Source of the DNA: Takakia lepidozioides
Taxonomy: Eukaryota > Plantae > Bryophyta
Reading direction: 5' to 3'
Assembly (NCBI GenBank): GCA_030704615.1
Contig: CM060734.1
Span: 36,766,001-36,830,000, forward strand
Length of the DNA: 64,000 bases
Shown here in pieces: positions 10,490 to 22,400 of this stretch. How positions within the stretch are numbered: the stretch's first letter is position 1; the number at the start of each line of letters is the position of its first letter. The notes under the pieces are model-generated. The model saw only the letters and a list, made by a program, of their open reading frames with translations, did no database searches and was not told the DNA's origin. The position numbers and the translations under genes are program-made.

Positions 10490-12073
10490 GACAATGTCAG
10501 TTGGAATTCATGGCTAGAATTCATGGCAATGTGAGTTCATGGCTGCAAAGAGGTGGTAGATTGCTTTAGTGGTTAGTCCCCTTGCCAAGTGGGGGTGCAC
10601 ACAAGGGGGGGATCCTCCCCCTTGTGTTCATGTGTGAGCTGCCAGTTGGGGCAGCTTAGTGGGTTCAAACCCTAAGTAATAACGGAAGCAACGGTACACA
10701 GAATGTCGACTAGTGTCGCCATGTGCCCACCGGCACTTCACCGCCATCCGACGGTCGCTGGCGGCAACCCGTCAAATTGCCGGTGCGCCGCGGAGGACTC
10801 ACACATTGTTCCTTGGTGTGAGGAGGGTAGGAGTGGGGTGGTGGGATATCTTGCTTTGCAAAGCACTTGCTGCAGCAAACACTCCAGGGTACAGGTAGCA
10901 CTGGCATTTTTCCAAAGAACACCGAATCCTCAATTTTGACCCACTCTGCTTTGAACAAATGTCAGTAGCCCATTTTTTGTCCAAATTGCATTTTGTTTTC
11001 TGCAATGGATGTGAGATCCCACCAGGATGAATGGGGAGCAGAATCAGCTCATTTGGAAATCATCCCGTCACCCATTTCTGCAATTTACTCATTCTAATTT
11101 ACAATTTTGGTATGTGGGTCCCAAAAAAGGGCCAGTTTCAACGGTGGCATTTTCTGGATTTTCATCTGATTTCCCTCAAAATTGGCATGTACCTGCAGCA
11201 GGTAGGTACGCTTCTGGTGTGCGGTCAAATTCAAAATTTTTCGAAAATTACACCTGTTTTTAGCACCAGGGGTCAGGTTTTTGGAAAAAGTAAAAAATAA
11301 GTACTGGGCGTTTAAGGGTTAATACACGTTGCCTTACTTACATAAGCCCCCCACTCTAATTCCTGGGCCACAGTAACTCCTGGACCACTCTAGAATGAAC
11401 AGGGTGAAACTGCTCTACATATTTGAAGCTGGGGGATAATCTGGGAGGTTTGTCTGACCTGAATTTTTTTACTTCAGAAATGCTTTAGAATTTTATTTTC
11501 ATCTTTATTTATTTAGGATTTGACTATGTGAGAAACAAAAGTAAAAACAGAAGCAATATTAGAGCAGATTTGACAAAAGTGATTTTCATAATTCAAATTG
11601 TTTTTTTGGGCAGCTTGAAAATATGACAACTACATCGGCGCACTGTGACACCCTATTCCAACTAGTCTCCGACCTTGAGACGTCACAACTTTCAGTCATC
11701 ACTAGAATTAGATTCTGGATTCTAATTTAGGTGAACTGGATTCCATCTTTCTTCAGACTGGCAAGAGGACTGATTTGTACACAACCCCATTTACATCACA
11801 CTCCGCTGAAAAGAATGAGATGATGTGAAATTTACAGTAAAACCAAACTGGCTTGTGAGGAAAGAATATACATAAAATGTGATAATCAATGGGGAATATT
11901 TGGTTGTGCTTTAGACTGAACCAGTACTACAAGCCTAATGTATCTGTTGGGGGAACACTAATTCCTGCGTGATCAACAAGCGGCTCCGCCACCAGAGGCT
12001 CTGTCCTTGCTCTTTCCTTCAGTGATTTTGGGGGTTGTTATTTTATACTTCTTCCTCAGCTTCATGAATCATG

Positions 12074-12253
12074 CCCATCAACCCTCCATAGACTAGGCTT
12101 AATGGATAAGCCTAGTTCCCCCCTAAGCAAGATGTCTCCACAATGCCTCTATCCCTTGCGGGTCCCATCAACCCTCCATAGACTAGGCTTAATGGATAAG
12201 CCTAGTTCTCCCCCTAGGCAAGATGTCTTCACAATGCCTCTATCCCTTCCGGG
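12074..12253. repeat. 90-bp tandem duplication, each unit with a perfect 10-bp hairpin
   Basis: cccatcaaccctccatag... starts at 12074 and 12164. Each unit contains ACTAGGCTTA-ATGGA-TAAGCCTAGT. Confidence 0.9.
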
Positions 12254-12352
12254 ACAGAGCCAACAACATGCAAGGAGAAAGTCCCTTACTTTCCTCACAC
12301 AAATATACAATACAACTACTGGATTAGCAAAATTAAGGTACTGATCTCAGGA

Positions 12353-15300
12353 CTAGGAGCTGAGGGACAAGGCCACAACATCACGAAGACTGAAATGTTG
12401 AACTTTTGAACTACCTCCAGGTTGAAACACCACCTCTGTCTCTGGCCTCACTTGTGTTTGCATTAGAGGCTCAGGCTGACTGCTCCAGTTGGCATTTCCC
12501 TTGCGGTAATCACGAACAGTCATAACAATCTGAACCTTTGGTGGGCCTGCCAAACAACCACATCCTCAGATTCCACCTGAGAATCGGCTGACCAGATACA
12601 AGCAAACAGCTTTCTGCCGCCATATTCAATCATCATCTACCCTGTAAAATAGCTCTGTCTTCTACTCAGCCACCCGGCAGGGCCAGGCAGTTTTGTGACG
12701 CTGATCACAAAGTATTTCCTAACACAGCAGGAAGATGTATGTTTGTAAACTGATCCAGAATCACCATTTCCACCTAACTGTGTTTGAGACAACACTAAGT
12801 CAAAACATTCAGAAAGACAGGACAGAAAGTGCAGCATAGATAATTGATTGAAGGGAGATGCACCCACGCACCAAATATGTTGCCTAGCCAGCCCCGTCTG
12901 TGAGTCATCGCCAAGTGGCTCACAGCTGACCTCTTCGCATAATTCAGGATCACCATGTCCCCAGGTCGTCCCAGGAACTCCTGAAACTGCCCAATCACAA
13001 TTTTTCCTCCTTCTAGCTCCAGCCTAAGGCAGGAAGTTCAGAAGAGTCAGACCTCCGGTTGAAGCAGTTAGACTCCAAACAATGATGAAGCTTTCATGAC
13101 TGATGAGAATAGCTTCTTCTACACCAACATACACAACGATAACTCTGCGAAAGAGGGAGGAACAAGAGAACTTGCTAACAACTAAGCTTTATAACAGTCA
13201 GCTTGACAATGTTAAGAAATGTGAACGCGTTGACGAAGCAAGCGTAACTAATGGCGTCACTTGACCCCGAAGGCTACTGCCTTCTGGTGGGAAGATGGAC
13301 ACTTTTATGACAACCAATATATGGTTTGAATGTGCCCTTACCACTGGGCTAAATGTTGGTTGTGCTTGACAATGCTCACATTATACTAACCTCCAACCTG
13401 AGTAAACAGTGTAAAGCCTTGCTTGTATGAGGATGGAGAGACAAAGAAAAAGACAGCCAAAGGTCACCTGTCCCATGTTGGAGCTGAATTGAGGATGTAC
13501 TGCAGCTGCTTCTCTGTACTGTCTGAAAGAACAGCCTCTGACTTTCTGTTCTTCATCCACCCTGATCCAGCTCTTCCCAAATTTTGGTCCAAGAAGTGCT
13601 CCCATTGGTCGGCTGACAGAACTTCAGGCTGCATCGTTATAGCCTGCTCAGGCCTGCTTCAAAAGTCACATCAACATTCATCCTTACCCACTGATGCACT
13701 GACTGTTTTAGTGGACAAGGACTAAATAAAAGCATGGACATTGTCCTTCAAGAATTAGCAACCCTACCAAACCTCCATTTGAGATATGTTGTGAAAGGTA
13801 TGACCGATTCATATCTCAGGATCAAAAGGATGCGATAGACTGACAAATTCACTACCTGCATGCTGGGTTGACAAGAAACACTGTTGGCTGAACGAAGCCA
13901 GGAGGCAGGATGACACCCCTTCTTTCAATATAAGATTCCAATACAGTAGCATGGTCTTTCGTCTTCTCCACCTGCCAAAGCCACATTACACATACCAATC
14001 TTGCTTTAGCCTCACTGTGCTCTGCTTTGCTTCTCTGTTTCTCTCTCACTGCCATGTACTGGTGCAATCAGAACTACATATGTCTGTGGCCAATTGAGGT
14101 CAAGAGCAGCATTGCTGGAATCAACATTAGGTTTTCCACCATCATTCAGCTACATAATTTCTTGGACAGTAATGTAGGTGGCTATCTGCAAGCATGTACC
14201 AAGGAAAATCATGGGTTGAGATTCAACACCCCTGAGAGTAGACTCCTCAATACTGGTTCATGTCTTATCTTTGGGACTATACTGGGGCCTAGACCAGGAC
14301 TGATGGGAATGAACACAGTGCATGTACGCATGATGTCTCCACCAGCCTGTGAGTAAAACACACAGTCCCTGTAACAGGATTATGGTTGAAAAGCGTGAGT
14401 GCTTTCATTGGTTCAGACCGAGGTTCCAGGAAATCTGACAACTGGCTCCCAGGAGGGTTGACATCCCGTGGGGTTCGTACCCTGAAAGGTAAAATCATAG
14501 CCAACACTTGCAGGAAACATCCATGAGTAGTATCTCTATATCTCTCTCTGTGTCTCTCTCACTCAACACTAGGATGATTTCAACTACGCAAACACTTCAC
14601 ATTCCCAAATGCCTGAAAACCTACCATTTTGTCAAATCTTCAAGACCTCATGCTCATGTTATCACTTAACAGAAATGACCAGTAAATTGCTGTTTGGGGT
14701 GTGAGGCGCTTCCCACAGTATGAGAAGAATTCACTTTCACCAGTTCCCAATCAGGACCTACCCCAAGGATTTGACATATCAATTCCTTTGTGGGGCCGAA
14801 TATCTCCAATCTCTACCGTAGGTGCCGAAGGAGAAGGAGAAGGAGCCCGAGAGGAAGCTAAAGGAGACACCGGCCGTGCCTTCGGCACAATGTTGGACAA
14901 CGGAAATGGCAATTTATTCAGCTTTTGTGGCTTCTTGCCGTATAAGCACTACTGGTCCTCCTTGTGCGTTCCAAAACCTCTTCAGAACATGTTGCTGACA
15001 CCCAAGTTTGAGAAAAAATGCTACATTTGGTGTTGCAAAGAGAACTCACTATATTTGGGTGATTCTTGACCAAACCATTCTCCTGAATCTGGGACCAGCT
15101 ACCATCAGGATTGAGCTGAATAATGCCTGACCAATCCGTCACCTCCACAACAAACAAATCCCTGTAGCATGTGCAATGCTTTGGGTGAGCCAAACAATCT
15201 GCTTGCCAACAGATATGAAAGTATGTCTCTCTGTCACTGTCTCCGGCTCTGACACTTACCATTATGAAGATCAGAAGTGCCTGTGGCTTCATTGACTCTG

Positions 15301-17025
15301 CCTACAATTCTGATAGTAATTCTAATTAGACTTTCATGGGACAGTGCCCATGGTTTGGAAGGAGCAGGAGAGAATGGGAGAGGAGGCAAGGAGAGCAAAA
15401 TAGAGATTCTCTTAAATGGAGAACCTTACATAAATATGCTGCAATGCATCTCAAATCCTCGCATTGGAAAACTTTTTGACCCAGAGTGGCTGTCGCTAAA
15501 AAGGCAGAAGTAACACCCTCTGATTTTATAGTAGACAGGATAGTTCTTCACTCTCAATCTCCAGCATGTCTTGTTTAGCTCAAGGAGGGCAAAGACATTT
15601 GGCATGCTGCAGCCTGTCCCATCTGCCCGTCTGGATCCTCAGACCAGTGATGGGACGAGGAAAAAACAGACTGAATTGACAATTGGGCCCCACCACAATC
15701 ATAAAACTATTATTCAACTTGGAATGATGCTCTACCACGTGCAGAACATGGACAGTAGTATTGCCCAAAGGTCAAGGCTAGTGCATCGGGGATAATGGCA
15801 GACCAAGAGTACTCATCTCCTCTCTCAAAGAAGTCCTGAAGATAAAAGCAAACTAACCTCTTCGTTAGAAGAACCAAATCAATTTCTTGGTGTCCTCTAT
15901 GTCCTGTATCGGGGATGCGCAGTGTCTGGTAGACATGCACCCCAGGAATTCCTTCGAATCTGATAGGACCACAAGTCAACTGAATCATGTTCACGCCCAT
16001 AATGGTATTTCAACATGCAATCATTGATTTAAATGGCCATTCCCCTGTAAATTATGCGAGGAGGGAAGGAGGACATGCTCATACCATCAACAACTCGACT
16101 GATAAGCCTTTTGTGTGCTTTGTAATTGCACCTATGGAAAGGAATGGACAGCAGCGAAAGCAATCTTCTTCTTGGTATTCAAACAAGGGCTGTCCATTGA
16201 CAGCAGCTAACATATATTCAAACCAAAAGATTGTCTGATGCATTCCCTGGGGAAGAATCATGTCTGAGATACCACAGCTCCAGGAGTAAAATTGCAACGG
16301 AACCACTGTATGCAAGATAACTGACCGTTTTGATCTTTTGCCTTTTGATAGCTTTGTACAAGTGTGACTTATTCATTGAGTCAAGTAATTACGAACTACT
16401 GTTTACTGAAAGTGGGACCTGATGCATCTCTGTGGTCCTTTGCTTTTGTTGGAGTTTGAAGGGAGGATGGGCTCAATGGAAAGTCATGGTCCCAGAAACT
16501 CATTTGAAAGAACTACAGACCACCGTTCTTGGTTTCAAAATATTATACCATACAACTGCTCATGCTCAGCAAGCGAGCTGTAGACCTAAAGACACACAAT
16601 TCTCCGAAATTGACGTCGGAAAGCTTCCAGTAAAACCTCCACATTCCTGGACCCCGAAAAACTCCCTAGAACCATACATTCTTCGCCGCAAACCCCCCCC
16701 CCCCCCCGCGCTCTCTCTCTCTCTCTCTCTGTAGTACGCAGCTTTCTAGAAACAATTCGGTACATGTACACCAAAGAACGAAGGGAATATAAGAGACTTA
16801 CAATTTCGCAACCTTCAGCTCTGCAAGCCGGCCTGCCCTACCGTTCTCCAGCTGCGGCTGCGCAGGGGCAGGCGTCCAGTTAAGCACGAGCAATCGCAGA
16901 TTCCTGTATACAGCTAGAACTGCAGCACTTGCTGCTCCCAAGATGCTCACCCTTATGAACAGTGCAACAGCTCCACCGCGATGCGAACGGCGATGGTGAT
17001 GATGATGCCTCGAGTGTCTGGCCAT
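12353..17025 (-). CDS. NERD (nuclease-related domain) protein, plant family with N-terminal hydrophobic segment
   Basis: Seven exons joined in frame by GT-AG: 17025-16802, 15959-15858, 15161-15050, 13971-13856, 13653-13468, 13023-12872, 12546-12353. Motifs GRLAELKV, LRIPD, QEIDLVLLT, LFVVEV..WSG and APTWDRLELEGG. Confidence 0.85.
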
Positions 17026-17133
17026 CGCGACAACCACACGAGCACAGCGAGCCACACACAGAGAGAGCCAAGGAGAGAGAGAAGAGAGTTCTTCGTTGTA
17101 CCAAAGCACACGTATTCGAATCGCCCGGTGTTT

Positions 17134-17303
17134 GGGCGGGTCACGCAACCTCACCGACCAAACCGACATCCCAAATCGTTTATGAGATCTCGTTTGAGCC
17201 CTGAGTTGAGGAGCCGACACATCACCGGGCGAGTCAAGCCTCCTCACCGACCAAATCGACATTCCAAATGTTTGTGAGATCTCGGTTGGGCCCTGAGTTG
17301 AGG
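17134..17303. repeat. Diverged ~93-bp direct repeat in the shared promoter of the NERD and F-box genes
   Basis: gggcg(g/a)gtca...cctcaccgaccaaa(c/t)cgacat...gagatctcg...gccctgagttgagg at 17134 and 17227. Confidence 0.85.
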
Positions 17304-17403
17304 TGCCAGCCAGATGTGTCGGCTTTGTGAGCCTGGCAGGCTTTATTGAATTGTGAAGGCAGCGAAGGAAGGAAGAGAGAGAGAGTGGGACGGTGTGGAA
17401 ACG

Positions 17404-18588
17404 ATGGCGGAGGGAGAGTGCAGTGTTATATCCGGAGATTTAGAGAAGAGGTTGAGTCTGGGGTCCTGGAAACAAGAGGTAGACGTAGATGAGAGCTTAT
17501 GGTGCCGTCTTCCAGAGGAATTGGTGGATATTGTGCTGGCGTGGTTGCCGCTGGCAAGTTATGTCCGATTCCGGTGTGTCTGCAAGAGATGGCGGTCCCT
17601 GATAAGTTCGCAGAGCTTTCTTGATCTGCGATCAAAGGCGCCGTCTTGTGGGGGATGGCTCCTCTCGTTTGGTGATGACTCGCCGGTGCAGCATCCAGGG
17701 GCAAAACTTGAAGGCCGTGTCTATGAGCCTGCCAGTGACAAGAGGTTCAATTTGCAGTTTCCTTTTCTGCCGGAGGATAGCATACCTGTCGCGTCAGCTG
17801 AGGGGCTGGTCTGTTTTTGTTCCAATACATTGAATGAGAATTACGAGTCGGATGTGAGCTTCTATGTGTGTAATCCCTTAACCAAAGCTTGGAAGCGGAC
17901 ACCCAGTGTTTGTGCGAGGGCGACGGAGATAGCTTTCATTGTAGACAGGGCGTCAAACACTTACAAGATAATTGTGTTTTGTATCGCTTCTACGGATCAC
18001 TGGTTGTGGATGAGTGTATTAGACTACTCTGCAAAGGAGTACGACTCCAAGATTAACCGCTGGAGAACAATTGGCGGCCTTTACAGAGGGGAACAGTTCA
18101 GGCCTGGCACTATCTTTTGCTATGGAAAGGTACATCTTCTATCTTCTGAGACTGTGCAAGCAATTGATTTAAAGCAAGGAGAATGGACGAAATTTGCAGC
18201 ACCTGCATACTCTTCTTGTGCGAAGCTCGTTGAGTGCCACGGCCGTCTCCTGCTGGTGGGAGACATGGTGCACCTCAACGTGTTTCACCTTCCAAATATA
18301 CAGAGCTACATCGGTGTTGTGATCTGGGAACTGGACCCGACTTCGAATATATGGCTGGAGAGAGGAAGAATGCCGGAGGCCATGGTGGAGAGCTTGTCTT
18401 ATTCCTCGTTCTCCTCTCTCTCCTGTGTAGTTCTCGGTGATCTTATCTACATCTTTTCTAGTCTACTTCTTCAAAATGTGGTTGTGTATGACAATTCTCA
18501 ACAGACCTGGAAACTGCTGCAACACTGGTGTAATGAGCTTCCCAGTAGGGTGTTTTTTTTCAACCCAAGCTTGGATATCACTGCATAG
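17404..18588 (+). CDS. Intronless F-box protein with kelch/FBA-type beta-propeller
   Basis: F-box LWCRLPEELVDIVLAWLP...RFRCVCKRWRSLI, plus VASAEGLVCF, YVCNPLTKAW, LVECHGRLLLV and IWELD. First ATG at 17404. Confidence 0.93.
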   Translation: MAEGECSVISGDLEKRLSLGSWKQEVDVDESLWCRLPEELVDIVLAWLPLASYVRFRCVCKRWRSLISSQSFLDLRSKAPSCGGWLLSFGDDSPVQHPGAKLEGRVYEPASDKRFNLQFPFLPEDSIPVASAEGLVCFCSNTLNENYESDVSFYVCNPLTKAWKRTPSVCARATEIAFIVDRASNTYKIIVFCIASTDHWLWMSVLDYSAKEYDSKINRWRTIGGLYRGEQFRPGTIFCYGKVHLLSSETVQAIDLKQGEWTKFAAPAYSSCAKLVECHGRLLLVGDMVHLNVFHLPNIQSYIGVVIWELDPTSNIWLERGRMPEAMVESLSYSSFSSLSCVVLGDLIYIFSSLLLQNVVVYDNSQQTWKLLQHWCNELPSRVFFFNPSLDITA

Positions 18589-19424
18589 GGAACTAATGTT
18601 TGCAATCATTGCAAGCTTAGTCTTTAGCTTTCTCACAAATCATTTTGCTATGTAGTTAACATTGGAGGTGGGGATTCTAGATCATCAAATCACTGGTTTG
18701 TACCTGCAAAGAAGGAAAGCTGAAGAATCAAGACAACCGTCGAAAGTTGCAGTTTGTGCAGGGACCGTGCTTCCTTTTGGAAAAAGCAAGCTTTAGTGGT
18801 AGTCACTGACAGAGCAGTGGAAATATGCCAAAGGTTTCGTGCAACTGGAAGGAAGTTGGACCTGTTAATGTTGCATTGCTTGTCATGTAAGGTGTTTCGT
18901 TCAACATTATGATGATTTCGGCACAAAGTGGTGTGCTCAAGGGACTCCAAGAGTATTGTAGCCCACATGCGGACAGAGTTGTCAAAAGCTGAAAGGGATT
19001 GTATATGCTCAACCTCCCTTCTCAATTGGCTGTCTGGGCTTAAGACAATGCTGGCGAAGTAAACACTCAATCCCCTGAAACCAGACTTTTCATCAGCTGT
19101 GCATTAGGATAGGTCAACTGTCAGTTACATACCCTGGTTGGTGCAAATATATTGACACTATCTGTTAGCCATCCCAGAAGGAAACAGACAGTCATGAGTG
19201 TGGAGCAGTATATGTCTACTTCCGCAAAGTAGTAATTAAGTACACCACAAGAAAGGTAAGTCAAAACATTAACACCAGTTCCAAAAGAAAGTTTTGATCT
19301 TTCTTTACTCAGCACTTTTGCAAGAGGGGTGAAGGAGGGCTTGGAAGAAATATTGATACAAAGGCAATTGCCTTACTTACACAAAAAGAAAAAACCTCTT
19401 CTATCCTCTCTGCCTCTCCTGTGT

Positions 19425-22400
19425 CTAACCAACTCCACCACTGGCATTGCCAGGATCCCTAGAATCTGTAGGTCTCAAGTTCTCATCTGTCCCTGAGGGA
19501 CCTCTAGACAACCCCCGCGAATGAAAAGAAGCAAGGGTGGGTGGCACAAGAATGCGCTGTGCTTCACTTGCATGAATGAGGCCAGCACCATTGGTCCATG
19601 CATTGGAGCTTACGCCACCCTGACCTGAAGGGTTATACATGTGCTGGGGATTAAAATACATGCCTCCTTCCCTTACACACTGCTGCAACACCTCAGACCC
19701 ACTCAGGTGGGGTTGGGATGCTAAAGAAGCTGCAAGGCCTAGTGCCGTACTTGTTTTTGCAGCATCCACGGCACTGACACTAGGCTCCCTTCGGAAGCCA
19801 CCCTCCCAGGCCTGGAGCTCCTCTTGCAAGCGCTGAGGCACACCAGTACTTGCGTGTGCTTGGAGAGTTCGGTTATTTTGCCAGTCAGCAATTGCCATCA
19901 ATGCCTCCATGACTGCGCGTGGAAGTGTATTATTGGGCATAGCTGGACCTCCCTGAACACCAACAAACTCAGGATGCCCTCTACTTCTACTGCCGATTAA
20001 CAGACCTCGGTCGGCACTGCTACTCATAGCCCCCTGTAATGCATCATTTCTTCTGTCGCAATCCAATCGGTTCATGTCACCCCCACCATGTAAAGAGGGA
20101 CCACCCCCTCCGCATTGATCAACTGCACCACCACGTCCTTGGTCGACTGCATGAACCCCATTGGGTAAACCCTCATTCCTCCGAAGCTCTTGGGCCCCTC
20201 GCAGCTTATGTGGAAGTGCAGCTAATAATTTTTCACCTTCAGACTCATGAGCATCACGGGTGAGCCGCTCTGTCATCCGGGCTACTGTCTCCTGCACACT
20301 TTTACCCTCAAGATCCCCTTCGCCAGGTTTCGTCAGTCCAGATCCCTGTAGGCCACCCATCATGTTCCATAACGCCGCGCTCCCAGTCTGTGTTGCCATT
20401 GTTGGCCAACTGGCCTGTCGGCCATCTGCCATCATGAAAGGAACCCCAACCCTTCCAAAGGCAGAGGGGAGTGCAGCTGGGTCCTTCCCATAGGATTTTG
20501 ACACTGCAACAGTGGGAGCAGTCAAGCTTGCCGCAGGAACTGATGAGGTGGAGTATACTGGCTGCTGCAATGCAGTGCGATCAGTGGTAGTGCATGATGA
20601 GCGGGGGACACCTGCTGTATTTGCATTTGTTGGTGGCTGAGAGAGGAGAGATTGGCCAAAGAGCTTTACATCACCAGGCATCCTTTGCTGCGCATCGACT
20701 GCCAAAGAAGGTGTTGTCCGCTGCGATGGTGACTGCTGTCCAGATTGAGCCTGCTGGACTGCACTCAACTGCTGCTGCAGCTCCTCACGACACAGCTGCC
20801 GGAGCTTGGCTCCTCCATTACTACTGCAGCTGCTCCGTAGTTCCACGACCTCTCCCTGATGGCTCAAAAGCTCTGATGTGCTGGTAGGTATGGAAGTCTG
20901 GGAAGCTCCCCTGAGCATGGCTAGTGCCTGTCCATGCTGTTGTTGCTCGTGAAGGTGAAGTAAACCTCCTCCTTGTAGTTGTTGCTGCGGACAGACTGAC
21001 GAAAGAGTTTGTTGAATCTGCTGTGATGGCCCAACTACTTGATGGGATTTTGCCTTTCCAAGTCCTTGTGGCTGGAGGAGAGGCAGATGCAGTGGTTGTT
21101 GCTGGTGATGGTGCATGTGGGTATGAACTTGAGCTGCTGCAACCTGGGCTTGAGCTTGAGCTTGAGCTTGAGCTTGTGCTTGCTCCTGCTGCTGCAGCTG
21201 GTGTTGTTGCTGCTGAAGGTGCTGTACAGCTTGCTGCAGCTGTTGAAAAACGAATGAAGATTAGCGAACATTCCAATTTTGAAGTTCCGATATCAAAACA
21301 GTGTTAGAGTGCAATACCTACCAACAGTCTTATATGAACATAAGCTGCAGAACACAGGAATACTGCAAGAAACAGTACAAAACTCAATACTTTCTCCACC
21401 TTCAAGGAAAACTTAACAACTTGGTAATTATGTGCAAAAGCGACTGTCAAGATCAGAGAGCAAACAACATTTCTCTCGAACATGGAAAGCCAGATCTGGA
21501 ACGTACAACCTAAATTTCTTGCAACTTATGTGAGAAAATACTGTTGCACATAGGATGGCCTTACTTGCTGCTGCTGCTGCTGGAACAATGCCTGTTGCTG
21601 TGGGAGGTGGTGATGTTGATGTTGTTGACTAATGACCTGCTGAGAAGAGTTCATCGCTTGCTGCGACTGGTTGCCCACCTGCTGTGGTGGATTACCACTC
21701 CCTTGCTGCTGCTGACATGGAACTTGTTGAGTCTGCGGCTGCTGATGGTGAACAATTTGTTGATTCAACAGGTGCTGCTGCTGCCGCTGCACTGCTTGCT
21801 GTTGCTGCTGAAGAACCACAACCTGTCACCCAATCTGTCAGTGGTTTGTAAAGCCAAAGAAAAACGTTCACAAAGGCTACAAGCAAAAGCTGTTTTTCCA
21901 ATCTCTTTGGAGGGTAGGGGGATCTGCCACAAGCAGAGATGGAGCCAAATAGTGCCTAGTTTTTACTGGCAAAAGCACGGAGAATCACTACAAGCAAAAA
22001 TCAACCAACTGAATACAGGGGCCATACCTGCTGCTGGAGAGGGTGCACAACCTGCTGAGGCGGGTGGACCACAACCTGGGTAGCCTGTTGTTGTTGCTGC
22101 TGCTGATGGTGGACTGCTTGCTGTTGCATCATGTTCACCACTTGGTTTTGGAGCTGCTGCTGGCTGCGAGCCACAACCTGTGCAAAAAATAAATTTATTT
22201 CAGCAACCCATTCCAGTATTCATATTTATGATCCAGCACAAATCAACCAAAATAACCCCAACTGGTAAAACGTTTTGGCAAGACATGGTGCGGCAACAAG
22301 CCTTAACATGACACTTGACAAAGGAAACTAAAGACAGGAGACAGCACCTGCCACGAAAAAGGTCTCCGGACAAAATTTGGGTTCCTAACAACCCACGCAA

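Larger units (their letters stand above)
7373..11318 (+). mobile_element. piggyBac-superfamily DNA transposon, both ends present
   Basis: TTAA at 7369-7372 and 11319-11322. TIRs are CCCTTAGACGCCCAATA and CCCTTAAACGCCCAGTA (reverse complement of the right end). An internal transposase is present. Confidence 0.93.
7119..11358 (-). mobile_element. LTR (about 275 bp, 7119-7372 plus 11323-11342) with polypurine tract, split by a piggyBac
   Basis: On the - strand a PPT (AGAGTGGGGGGCTTA, ~11343-11357) precedes TGTAAG and the LTR ends in CTGCA at 7119. It contains TTCTAGAA motifs and GGGTATATA, and resembles 43541-43813. Confidence 0.6.

Noticed and set aside
14027-14356. + strand ORF duplicated at 48-254
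   Set aside because: Intronic and antisense to the NERD gene; the duplicate carries a stop and no protein motif is present.
14825-14890. 10-bp inverted repeat GTGCCGAAGG/CCTTCGGCAC in NERD intron 3
   Set aside because: Too short for a miRNA precursor or MITE call, with no TSD or extended stem.
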